A DNA stretch of 56,482 nucleotides from an uncultured Actinomycetes bacterium (GTDB lineage: Bacteria > Actinomycetota > Acidimicrobiia > IMCC26256 > PALSA-555): positions 1 through 56,482 of the forward strand of contig CALEYV010000034.1 in the NCBI GenBank assembly GCA_937927875.1, given 5' to 3'. Positions 10,312-18,625 of this stretch are shown in pieces. A program made the position numbers and the translations under genes. How positions within the stretch are numbered: the first letter of the stretch is position 1; every line of letters starts with the position of its first letter. The notes under the pieces were generated by a model that ran no database searches, had not been told where the DNA came from, and saw only the letters and a list, made by a program, of their open reading frames with translations.

Positions 10312-11556
10312 ATGGCAATCGACTTCACCCTGCCCCCCGACGTCGAGGCGGTCCGCCGCCGGGTCCGCGAGTTCATGGACGGCGAGGTCCGACCGGCCGA
10401 GGAGAAGCTCTACGCCAACGCGCCCGACGGCGAGCCGAGCCGCCGCGACGTGGTGGCGATGATCATCGACCTCCGCCAGAAGGCGAAGGACTTCGGGGTC
10501 TGGCTCCCCCACATGCCGAAGGAGTGGGGCGGCTTGGGGCTCGGCATCACCGCGATGGCGTTCGTGTCGGCGGAGTCGGCCCGCACCAACTTCGGCCCGT
10601 TCGTGCTGAACGCGCAGGCTCCCGACGAGGGCAACCAGCACACGCTCCTGCACCACGGCACCCCCGAGCAGCAGGAGCGGTACCTCCGGCCCCTCCTCGA
10701 GGGCCGGGTCCGCTCGTGCTTCGCCATGACCGAGCCCGAGGTGGCGGGCTCCGATCCCACCGGCATCCGCACCAGCGCGGTCCTGGACGAGGAGCACGGC
10801 GACTGGATCGTCAACGGCCACAAGTGGTTCATCTCCGGGGCGCGCGGGGCCGGGTTCGCGATCCTCATCGCCAAGACCGACCCCGACGCCGACCCGCCGC
10901 AGGCGAGCAACACCGCGTTCCTCGTCGACCTCCCCGCCGACGGCTGGGAGGTGGTGCGCGACGTCGAGACGATGGCCGGCCACGGCAACCACTGCGAGAT
11001 CCGGATCACCGACCTGCGGGTGCCGGACGCCAACGTGCTCGGCGGCCGCGGCAACGGGCACCTGCTCGGGCAGGCCCGCCTCGGCCCGGCCCGGCTCGCG
11101 CACTGCATGCGCTGGATCGGACAGGTCGAGACGGCGCTCGAGATGCTGGTCGACCGGGCCGAGAAGCGCGAGCTGCACGGCGAGCCGCTCGCCGAGAAGC
11201 AGGCGATCCAGTGGATGATGGCCGACTCGGCGATGGAGCTCTACGCCGCCAAGCTGATGGTGCTGCACGCCGCGTACAAGATCGAGCACGGCCTGCCGTT
11301 CCGCCAGGAGGTCAGCTTCGCCAAGCACCACGTGGCGAACACGCTGTGGCGGGTGGTGGACCGCGCCATCCAGGTGCACGGCGCGCTCGGCTACTCGACC
11401 GACACGCCCCTCGAGCGCATGCTGCGCCACGCCCGCTCGGCTCGCCTGGTGGACGGCGCCGACGAGGTGCACCAGGCGCTGATCGCGCGGAACGTGCGCG
11501 CCGCCTACGCCGACACCGGCTCGATCCGCACCGCGACCGGGGACCTCGACCTCTGA
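10312..11556 (+). CDS. Acyl-CoA dehydrogenase
   Basis: ATG at 10312 inside track ORF 10126..11556. FAMTEPEVAGSDP, NGHKWFISGA, QVHGALGYSTDTPLERMLRHARSARLVDGADEVH are all ACAD landmarks. Confidence 0.9.
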   Translation: MAIDFTLPPDVEAVRRRVREFMDGEVRPAEEKLYANAPDGEPSRRDVVAMIIDLRQKAKDFGVWLPHMPKEWGGLGLGITAMAFVSAESARTNFGPFVLNAQAPDEGNQHTLLHHGTPEQQERYLRPLLEGRVRSCFAMTEPEVAGSDPTGIRTSAVLDEEHGDWIVNGHKWFISGARGAGFAILIAKTDPDADPPQASNTAFLVDLPADGWEVVRDVETMAGHGNHCEIRITDLRVPDANVLGGRGNGHLLGQARLGPARLAHCMRWIGQVETALEMLVDRAEKRELHGEPLAEKQAIQWMMADSAMELYAAKLMVLHAAYKIEHGLPFRQEVSFAKHHVANTLWRVVDRAIQVHGALGYSTDTPLERMLRHARSARLVDGADEVHQALIARNVRAAYADTGSIRTATGDLDL

Positions 11557-11610
11557 GCGGCGCCGGGCCCCGGGCCGTCGGGGTCGACCGGCGCTTCCTA
11601 CACTGAGTCC

Positions 11611-12327
11611 ATGGTCCAGACCGCCGAGGTGCTCCGCGAGGCGCTGAAGACGCCGCACTGGTCGAGCGACATCCCGCTCGACACGCCGCACCCGCGGCCG
11701 GCCGCGCTGGCGGAGCGGGGCTTCGTGCGGCTGCGCGACCTCGACCCGCCGATCGACGAATCCGAGTTCCTCGGCCTCGAGTACATGGACTGGAAAAGCG
11801 GCGGCGACACGAACTTCGCGCCGGTCGCGACCGCCGACGGCGAGCTCGACTGCCGCGGGTTCTGGAAGCCCGGCGACGAGCGGCCCGACCGGGGCGGGCG
11901 CTGGACGGTGAACGCGGCCCACTGCCCCGGCGTCGTGGCCCAGGTCGAAGCCGCCGGGGCCGACTTCGGCCGGGTGCGCGTGATCAGGCTCGAGCCCCAG
12001 GGCTACGAGGAATCGCTGCGCCACATCCACCGGGACGACAACAACCGCTTCAACCCGGACGGGGAGGGGTGGGTCGTCCGCACCTGGCTCGAGCTCACCG
12101 ACTACCCGGACAGCTTCATGGTCCTCATGGAGCAGGGTGAGGACGGGCTCCCCGACCCGTCGACCGAGTCGCACGTCCCGCTGCACCGGGGCTCCCGGTT
12201 CGTCGTCGACACCCAGCGGCTGTGGCACGTCGTGTGCCATCCGGGCCCCGGGACGCGCTACGCGCTGATCTCGAGCTTCACCGCCGGCCCCCGCCTCGAC
12301 GCCTGGATCGACGCCGAGCGGGCCTGA
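11611..12327 (+). CDS. Hypothetical protein, possible cupin/aspartyl-beta-hydroxylase-like oxygenase fold
   Basis: 238-aa ORF with normal composition. Weak resemblance to the AspH-type pattern: HIHRDDNN ... VRTWLELT ... HRGSRFVVDTQRLWHVVCH...RYALISSF. Function is not established. Confidence 0.5.
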   Translation: MVQTAEVLREALKTPHWSSDIPLDTPHPRPAALAERGFVRLRDLDPPIDESEFLGLEYMDWKSGGDTNFAPVATADGELDCRGFWKPGDERPDRGGRWTVNAAHCPGVVAQVEAAGADFGRVRVIRLEPQGYEESLRHIHRDDNNRFNPDGEGWVVRTWLELTDYPDSFMVLMEQGEDGLPDPSTESHVPLHRGSRFVVDTQRLWHVVCHPGPGTRYALISSFTAGPRLDAWIDAERA

Positions 12328-12344
12328 GCTCTCCCCGGTCGACG

Positions 12345-13508
12345 ATGCGCTTCGGGATCTTCCTCGCCCCGTTCCACGACGTCGGCCAGAGCCCGACCGT
12401 CGCGCTCGAGCGCGACCTCGACCTGCTGGTGCACCTCGACCGGCTCGGCTTCGACGAGGCCTGGATCGGCGAGCACCACTCGGGCGGCTTCGAGCTCATC
12501 GCGTCCCCCGAGGTGTTCCTCGCCGTCGCCGCCGAGCGGACCAAGCACCTGCGGCTCGGCAGCGGCGTCAACTCGCTCCCCTACCACCACCCGCTGCTGC
12601 TCGCCGACCGGTTCGTGCTGCTCGACCACCTCACACGCGGCCGGGTCATCCTCGGCTGCGGCCCCGGCCAGCTGACCTCCGACGCGCTGATGATGGGCAT
12701 CCCGCCGAACCAGCAGCGGCCGCGCATGGACGAGGCGCTCGAGGCCATCGTCCGGCTCCTGCGGGGCGAGGTCGTCTCGATGCAGACCGACTGGTTCACG
12801 CTCGACGAGGCGCGCCTGCAGCTCCGCCCCTACTCGCCGGCCGGCCTCGAGCTGGCGGTGGCGGCGACGATCTCGCCGTCCGGTCCCCGCGCCGCCGGTC
12901 GGTTCGGCCTCGGGCTGCTGTCGATCGGCGCCACCACCGAGATCGGCTTCGACGTCCTCGCCGGCCACTGGGACGTGATGGAGCAGCGGGCGGCCGAGTT
13001 CGGCCAGACCGCGGATCGGAGCCGGTGGCGCCTGGTCGGGCCGATGCACCTGGCGGAGACGAAGGAGCAGGCCCGGCGCGACGTCGAGTACGGGATCCTG
13101 CCCTTCGCGCGCTACTTCCGGCACGTGCTGCCGACCAGCCCGGTCGGCGACGCCGACGACCTGCCCGGCATCCTCGAGCACTGCGACCAGTCCGGCTTCG
13201 CCATCATCGGCACGCCCGACGACGCCATCCGCCAGATCGAGCGGCTCGAGCGCCAGTCGGGCGGGTTCGGCACGTTCCTGATCTTCGGGCACGAATGGGC
13301 CGACCCCGCCGCCACCTTCCACAGCTACGAGCTCTTCGCCCGGTACGTGATGCCACGCTTCCAGGGCCAGCTCGACCCGATCCGGTCGTCGTACGACTGG
13401 GTGGCCGGCAGCGGCGGCCGCTTCGTGGACGCGGCGTCGACCGCGATCAACCGCGCCATCGAGGACCACGCCGCCGAGCAGTCGGCCCCCGTCGCACCTA
13501 CGAGCTGA
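12345..13508 (+). CDS. LLM-class flavin-dependent monooxygenase (LimB-like)
   Basis: ATG at 12345 inside track ORF 12222..13508. MRFGIFLAPFH...LGFDEAWIGEHHSGGFELIASPEVF...LRLGSGVNSLPYHHP. Confidence 0.8.
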   Translation: MRFGIFLAPFHDVGQSPTVALERDLDLLVHLDRLGFDEAWIGEHHSGGFELIASPEVFLAVAAERTKHLRLGSGVNSLPYHHPLLLADRFVLLDHLTRGRVILGCGPGQLTSDALMMGIPPNQQRPRMDEALEAIVRLLRGEVVSMQTDWFTLDEARLQLRPYSPAGLELAVAATISPSGPRAAGRFGLGLLSIGATTEIGFDVLAGHWDVMEQRAAEFGQTADRSRWRLVGPMHLAETKEQARRDVEYGILPFARYFRHVLPTSPVGDADDLPGILEHCDQSGFAIIGTPDDAIRQIERLERQSGGFGTFLIFGHEWADPAATFHSYELFARYVMPRFQGQLDPIRSSYDWVAGSGGRFVDAASTAINRAIEDHAAEQSAPVAPTS

Positions 13509-13923
13509 TCTCGCCGCTGACCGGCGACCCGTGGTGGTGGATCATCCGCCACCGGTCGCCGTCCCGCACGAACACGTTCGTCGCCGCGACGCGCGCCCCC
13601 GACAGCTCGTCGGTGCCGGTGCCACCCCCGTCGGGCGGCGCGGCCGCCTGCAGGATGTTCTCGTCCAGCGTGACGACCGCGACGTCGCCGAGCACCAGGA
13701 CCCGCTCCTCGGTCAGCACGAACTGGATGAACGGCGTGCTCGAGAAGATCGCCTGCCAGGAGCCCGCCACCTTCGGCCACCCGGCCAGCGTCTGCCAACC
13801 GGGATGCGTGACGCGAGAGCGGTCCGAGCGCTCCCAGACCTCCGCCATCGCATCGAGGTCACCGGCCTCGAACGCGGCGTAGAAGGACTCGTTCGCCGAG
13901 CGAACCTGGTCGTCGGCGCTCAC
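13498..13923 (-). CDS. NTF2-like / SnoaL-like (DUF4440-type) protein
   Basis: GTG start. ANESFYAAFEAGDLDAMAEVW...VTHPGW...NVFVRDGDRWRMIHHH. Convergent 11-nt overlap with the LLM gene. Confidence 0.65.
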   Translation of the reverse strand: MSADDQVRSANESFYAAFEAGDLDAMAEVWERSDRSRVTHPGWQTLAGWPKVAGSWQAIFSSTPFIQFVLTEERVLVLGDVAVVTLDENILQAAAPPDGGGTGTDELSGARVAATNVFVRDGDRWRMIHHHGSPVSGEISS

Positions 13924-13984
13924 GCCAAGGATGATGACGGGCGACGGGTCGCCTGTCGACCGCCTCGATCGTGCGCGCGGACGA

Positions 13985-15745
13985 TCAGGCGCCGTCTCCC
14001 GCCGAGCCGGCGCGCCCCGACGACCGCCAGCGCGACCACCAGCCGTCCCCCGGCTGCTCGGCCTCCTGGCGCTGCAGGCGGCTACGCAGGATGTCGGTAC
14101 GAGTGCAGATCCCGACCAGTCGGCCGTCGCCGTCGACGACCGGCAGGTGATCGACGTGCTCGTCGAGGATCAGCTGCATGGCCGCGAGCAACGACTCGTC
14201 ACGGCCGACCGTGACGAGGTCCGTCGACGCGACGTCCGACACCGGCGCGTCCTGGGCGTCCGTGCTCTCGAGCAGGTCGGTGCGGCTCACGATCCCCACG
14301 CACCGACCGGCGTCGTCGACGATCGGGTACGCGCCGTGGCCGTTGGCGAGGAAGCGCTGGCGGGCGTCGCCGACCGTCGCGTCGCTCAGGATGGTCTGGG
14401 CGGGCGTGCTCATCACGTCGCCGACTCGCGCCGTGTGGAGGTGGTCCGGCTCGTAGGCACGGGGAACGGTGAGCCCGCGTCGCGCCAGCTTCTCCGTCAT
14501 GATGTCGTGCTCCGAGAGGGCTCGGGCGACCAGGTCGGCGACGACCGCGGCCAGCATGAGCGGCACGATGGCGCGGTAGTCGCGCGTCAGCTCGAACGCG
14601 AAGAGGACGGAGGTGAACACGGCCCGGGTCGCGGCACCGAACACCGCCGCCATCGCCACGACCGCGATCGCGCTGGTCGAGACGGCGAGGCCCGGGAACA
14701 CGTCGTGGGTCCCGACCGCGACCAGGGCGCCGAAGCTGCTGGCCATCAGCAGGATCGGCGCCAGCGTCCCGCCGCTGGTGCCTGACGCGAGGGCGACCCA
14801 CCAGGCGATCATCTTCCCGACCAGCAGCGCGCCCAGGGTCCCCACCGCCAGCTTGCCGGCCAGGGCGGCGTTGATCTGGTCGTAGCCGACCCCGAGGGCT
14901 CGGGGCACCACGAAGCCGACGGCGGCGAAGCCGAGCGCACCGATCATCGGGTGGAAGAACTGGGGCACCCGCAACGAGCGGAACCCGGCCTCGAAGGCGA
15001 ACAGGCCGCGGACGATCAGCACCGCCAGCAGCCCGCACAGCAGCCCGAGCCCGACGAAGAACGGCAGCTCCCCGAGCCCGGCGAACTTGTGGTTCGGCAC
15101 CGCGAACAGGGCGCGGGTGCCGAAGAACACGTAGTGCATCGCGCCCGCCACGCTGCTCGCCGCGATGAGCGGCGCCAGCGCCCGGACCGAGTACTCGAAC
15201 AGCAGCAGCTCGACCGCCAGGACGACGGCCGCCAGCGGCGCGCCGAAGGTGGCCGACATGCCAGCCGCGGCGCCGCTGGCGAGCAGGATCTTGCGCTCCG
15301 ACGGCGTGATCGGCAGCACCTGGCCCAGCAGGGAGCCGATCGCGCCGCCCGTGACGATGATCGGACCCTCGGCACCGAACGGCCCACCGGTCCCGATCGC
15401 GATGGCGGCCGACAGCGGCTTCGCCACCGCCACCCGGGGCTTGATCCGGCTCTCGTTGGTGAGCACCGATTCCATCGCCTCCGGGATCCCGTGACCGCGG
15501 ATCGCCGGCGCCCAGCGCGCGAGCAGGGCGACGATGAGCCCGCCGCCCACCGCCGCGACGACGAGCCATGGGCCGGGGTGGAAGTGCGCGAACGACGGCA
15601 GCTTCGTGCCCCACCGCCCCAGCAAGGCCGCGTTGGTGATGATGGCGATGAGCCGGATCAGCGCCCAGGCCGCCACGCCGCCGACGAGCCCGAGCACGCC
15701 GCCGATGGCGGTGAGCAACGCGAGCCGACGCAGGGGATGGTTCAC
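13985..15745 (-). CDS. ClC-family voltage-gated chloride channel/antiporter with C-terminal CBS pair
   Basis: 586 aa, multi-pass. IRGHGIPEAM, GGPFGAEGPII selectivity-filter-like motifs. The C-terminal ~140 aa carry two CBS-like repeats (VMSTPAQTI..., YPIVDDAGRCVGIVSRTDLL, LPVVDGDGRLVGICTRTDIL). Confidence 0.9.
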   Translation of the reverse strand: MNHPLRRLALLTAIGGVLGLVGGVAAWALIRLIAIITNAALLGRWGTKLPSFAHFHPGPWLVVAAVGGGLIVALLARWAPAIRGHGIPEAMESVLTNESRIKPRVAVAKPLSAAIAIGTGGPFGAEGPIIVTGGAIGSLLGQVLPITPSERKILLASGAAAGMSATFGAPLAAVVLAVELLLFEYSVRALAPLIAASSVAGAMHYVFFGTRALFAVPNHKFAGLGELPFFVGLGLLCGLLAVLIVRGLFAFEAGFRSLRVPQFFHPMIGALGFAAVGFVVPRALGVGYDQINAALAGKLAVGTLGALLVGKMIAWWVALASGTSGGTLAPILLMASSFGALVAVGTHDVFPGLAVSTSAIAVVAMAAVFGAATRAVFTSVLFAFELTRDYRAIVPLMLAAVVADLVARALSEHDIMTEKLARRGLTVPRAYEPDHLHTARVGDVMSTPAQTILSDATVGDARQRFLANGHGAYPIVDDAGRCVGIVSRTDLLESTDAQDAPVSDVASTDLVTVGRDESLLAAMQLILDEHVDHLPVVDGDGRLVGICTRTDILRSRLQRQEAEQPGDGWWSRWRSSGRAGSAGDGA

Positions 15746-15786
15746 GCGCTCAGCGTCCTCGCCCGGGCGACGCCGTCCCCCGATTT

Positions 15787-15803
15787 ATGTCGTGCCACGA
15801 CAT
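15787..15803. promoter_or_regulatory. Perfect 8+1+8 inverted repeat ATGTCGTG-C-CACGACAT upstream of the ClC gene
   Basis: Read directly at 15787-15803, in an unusually AT-richer patch 42-58 nt upstream of the ClC GTG (15745) and downstream of the CoA-transferase stop (15855). Candidate operator or terminator stem. Confidence 0.3.
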
Positions 15804-15854
15804 CAATCGTACTGGGCGCTCATCTCGACGCTCTGAGCGTGCGCCGACGCGCGG

Positions 15855-17099
15855 TCAGCCGATGACGCCGGCCTCGCGCAGGCGGTCAAGCTCCGCGTCG
15901 GGGAGCCCGAGCTCGCCGCGCAGGACCTCGTCGGTGTGCTCGCCGACCCAGGGCACCCGCGTCTCGGGTCCCTCCTGCACCTTGGTCATCTTCACCGGGT
16001 TGCCCGGCATGAGGTAGGGCGGCTCGCCGTCGGTGCGCGGCACCGCCACGAGCATGTCGCGGGCCGCCACGTGCGGGTCGTCGATCACGTCCGGGGCGGT
16101 GTTCATCGGCCCGGCCGCGATCCCGGCCTCGTTCAGCTCCCGGGCTGCCTCGAGCTTGCTCTTGCCGCCGGCCCAGCCCTCGACCGCGGGGCGGATCACC
16201 TCCTCGAAGTGCACCCGCCAGCCCTCGCGCGTCGCGAAGCGCGGATCGTCGAGCCACTCCGGGTGCCCGATGATCTTGGCCAGCCGCTCGAACTGGTGCT
16301 CGCGACCGACCTGGAGCACGAACCAGCCGTCGTGGGCGCGGAAGCCGTCCATGATGAGCAGCGGCCCGGGCCCGCCCGGTCGGAGCCCCATCGACCAGAA
16401 GTTCGTGACGAGGTCGGTCATGGCGACGACGGCGTCCAGCATCGCGACGTCGACGTACTGGCCCTCGCCGGTGCGGTCGCGGTGGCGCAGCGCGGCGAGG
16501 ATCCCGACCACCGAGAACATCGCGCTCGAGATGTCGCCGAGGGCGCCGACCGGCGCCACCACCGGCGGCTGGTCGTCGACCTGCTTGAAGGCGTAGATCC
16601 CCGACATCGCCTCGACGATCGGCGCGTAGGCCGCCCACGAGTCGTAGGGCGACGCGATCGTGTTCCCGAACCCCGACACCGACGCGTAGATGAGCCGCGG
16701 GTAGCGGGCCGCCAGGTCCTCGTAGCCGAGGCCGAGGCGCGCCATGGTGCCCGGCTTGAAGTTCTCGGCTACGACGTCGTAGTGCTCGGCCAGGGCGAGG
16801 AAGAGGTCGCGGCCCTCCGGGGCCTTCAGGTCGATGCCGACGCTGCGCTTGTTCAGGTTGTTGCGCAGGAACGTGGCGCCGGCCCGCCGACCGGTCGGGT
16901 CAGTCATGGCCGGCAGGGCGCCCCGTCCCGACTCGCCGTCGCCCGGGTGCTCGACCTTCACGACATCGGCGCCCAGCCGGGCCAGCAGCTGGGTGCCGAA
17001 CGGCAGCGCCTGCATCTGCTCGGCGGCCAGGACGCGCACCCCGTCGAGCGGCTTGCCGTACTGCTCGGCCTCGGCGTTGGCGACGTCGCCGAGCTTCAC
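15855..17099 (-). CDS. Family III (CaiB/BaiF) CoA-transferase
   Basis: GKPLDGVRVLAAEQMQALPFGTQLLARLGADVVKVEHP...NLNKRSVGIDLK...VVAENFKPG. I prefer GTG at 17099, because the track start ATG 17159 adds an Arg-rich 20-aa extension. Confidence 0.8.
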   Translation of the reverse strand: MKLGDVANAEAEQYGKPLDGVRVLAAEQMQALPFGTQLLARLGADVVKVEHPGDGESGRGALPAMTDPTGRRAGATFLRNNLNKRSVGIDLKAPEGRDLFLALAEHYDVVAENFKPGTMARLGLGYEDLAARYPRLIYASVSGFGNTIASPYDSWAAYAPIVEAMSGIYAFKQVDDQPPVVAPVGALGDISSAMFSVVGILAALRHRDRTGEGQYVDVAMLDAVVAMTDLVTNFWSMGLRPGGPGPLLIMDGFRAHDGWFVLQVGREHQFERLAKIIGHPEWLDDPRFATREGWRVHFEEVIRPAVEGWAGGKSKLEAARELNEAGIAAGPMNTAPDVIDDPHVAARDMLVAVPRTDGEPPYLMPGNPVKMTKVQEGPETRVPWVGEHTDEVLRGELGLPDAELDRLREAGVIG

Positions 17100-17172
17100 C
17101 GTCGCCGCCCTCGCCGTCGCTCGGCACCGTCGGCGCGCACGGGCGCATCGTATGGCCATCGGCCGAGGCCGG

Positions 17173-17178
17173 TACGAT
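17173..17178 (+). promoter_or_regulatory. -10-like hexamer TACGAT, 7 nt upstream of ATG 17186 (candidate leaderless promoter)
   Basis: Fits the TAnnnT pattern. Part of the 11-mer CCGGTACGATC that recurs identically at 36317-36327, with the same spacing to another ATG. Confidence 0.35.
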
Positions 17179-17185
17179 CACGGTG

Positions 17186-18625
17186 ATGCAAGGGATCCTG
17201 AGTGCCGCCGGCTACGTCCCGTACCGCCGCCTCGACCGAGGGACGATCACCGAGACCTTCGCCGCCGGCGGCGGGCGCGGCACCCGCGCCGTGGCCGGCT
17301 ACGACGAGGACACCACCTCGATGGGCGTCGAAGCGGCCCGCCTCGCGCTGCGGGCCGCGCCGAGCGGCGCCCACCCGCGAACCCTCGCCTTCTCGACCAC
17401 CACCCCGGCGTACCTCGACAAGACCAACGCCACCGCCATCCACGCCGCGCTGCGGCTCGACACCGACGTGCTGGCGGCCGACTTCGGCGGCGCCATCCGC
17501 TCCGGTCTCGCCGCCCTCACGGCCGCCCTCCACGGTCCCGACCCGACGCTGCTCGTCACCGCCGACGTCCGCGACGGGCTGCCCACCAGCGCCGACGAGG
17601 CCGCCGGCGGTGACGGCGCGGCCGCGATCCTGGTCGGCTCCGACACCGACGGGCCCGCGCTGGCGACGCTGGCCGGCGAGGGGCACACCACCGAGGAGTT
17701 CATCGACCGGTGGCGGACACCGGGCGACAACCGCTCGAAGGTGTGGGAGGAGCGCTTCGGCGAGACGAAGTACGTCCCGCTCGGCGAGCAGGCATGGAAC
17801 GCGGCGCTGAAATCGGCCGAGTTGAGCGCGGACCAGGTCGACCAAGTGATCGTCACCGGGGCGCACGCCCGAGCCATCCGGTCGCTGACGGCGCGGCTCG
17901 GCGTCGACAAGAGCAAGCTCGCCGACGACCTCAGCGGGTCGGTCGGCTTCACCGGCGCCGCGCACCCCGCCCTGCTCCTCGCCGCCGCGCTCGAGCAGGC
18001 GTCACCGGGGCAGACGATCGCACTCGTCGCGCTCGCCGACGGCGCCGACGTCCTCGTCTTCCGCACCACCGACGCCGTCGGGACCTGGAAGCCCGCCCGC
18101 GCCGTCGCGGACCAGATCGCGGCCGGCGCGCCGCTCTCCTACGGCAAGTTCCTCACCTGGCGCGGCGTCGTCACCGTCGAGCCGCCCCGCCGCCCCGAGC
18201 CGGACCGGATCTCGGCCGCGGTCACCGGTCGCACCGAGCACTTCAAGTACGGGTTCGTCGGCTCGAAGGACCGGACCAGCGACGCCCTCCACCTCCCGCC
18301 GGCCCGCGTGTCACGGGTCGGCGACGCGGTCGACGACATGGAGCCGGCGCCGATGGCCGACGTGCCGGGCACGATCGCGGCGTTCACGATCGACCGCATC
18401 GCGTACTCGCCGAGCCCGCCCATCGTGTTCGCCATCGTCGACTTCGACGGCGGAGGCCGACTCCCGATCGAGCTCACCGACGTGAACGCGGACGCGCTGC
18501 AAGTCGGGGATCGGGTCGAGATGACGTTCCGGCGGCTCTTCACCGCCGACGGCATCCACAACTACTTCTGGAAGGCCCGTCCGTTCCCGGCGGGCGCCCA
18601 GGGCAAGGAAGGATCCAGCGCATGA
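17186..18625 (+). CDS. HMG-CoA-synthase-like (thiolase-fold) domain fused to DUF35-like OB-fold domain; cysteine-free
   Basis: GYVPYRRL, DEDTTSMGVEAARLAL, GDGAAAILVG and GFTGAAHP are HMGCS/thiolase-fold landmarks. The C-terminal GTIAAFTIDRIAY...VDFDGGGRLPIELTD...VGDRVEMTFRR is OB-fold (DUF35)-like. The product contains no Cys. GTG 17183 is an alternative start. Confidence 0.75.
   Translation: MQGILSAAGYVPYRRLDRGTITETFAAGGGRGTRAVAGYDEDTTSMGVEAARLALRAAPSGAHPRTLAFSTTTPAYLDKTNATAIHAALRLDTDVLAADFGGAIRSGLAALTAALHGPDPTLLVTADVRDGLPTSADEAAGGDGAAAILVGSDTDGPALATLAGEGHTTEEFIDRWRTPGDNRSKVWEERFGETKYVPLGEQAWNAALKSAELSADQVDQVIVTGAHARAIRSLTARLGVDKSKLADDLSGSVGFTGAAHPALLLAAALEQASPGQTIALVALADGADVLVFRTTDAVGTWKPARAVADQIAAGAPLSYGKFLTWRGVVTVEPPRRPEPDRISAAVTGRTEHFKYGFVGSKDRTSDALHLPPARVSRVGDAVDDMEPAPMADVPGTIAAFTIDRIAYSPSPPIVFAIVDFDGGGRLPIELTDVNADALQVGDRVEMTFRRLFTADGIHNYFWKARPFPAGAQGKEGSSA

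Noticed and set aside
9112-12240. 1042-aa minus-strand ORF spanning the ADH, ACAD and cupin-like genes
   Set aside because: The product is almost entirely Arg/Gly/Pro/Ala with no motifs. It runs antisense or out of frame to three genes with clear family signatures, so it is a typical GC-rich open-frame artefact.
15746-15854. Possible fluoride (crcB-motif) riboswitch upstream of the ClC gene
   Set aside because: I could not find the conserved crcB-motif elements in the ~110-nt leader on the coding strand. The channel also carries CBS domains, which fits a general ClC more than a riboswitch-controlled fluoride-type ClC. An Rfam scan would settle this.
17710-18621. N-terminal 304-aa extension of the thiolase ORF (track 17710..19818), plus similar long N-terminal extensions at 534, 3116, 7228, 8448, 39262 and 51014
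   Set aside because: The extensions are Arg/Pro/Gly-rich and overlap upstream genes. Internal starts give canonical family N-termini, often with SD sequences or 4-nt start/stop overlaps.
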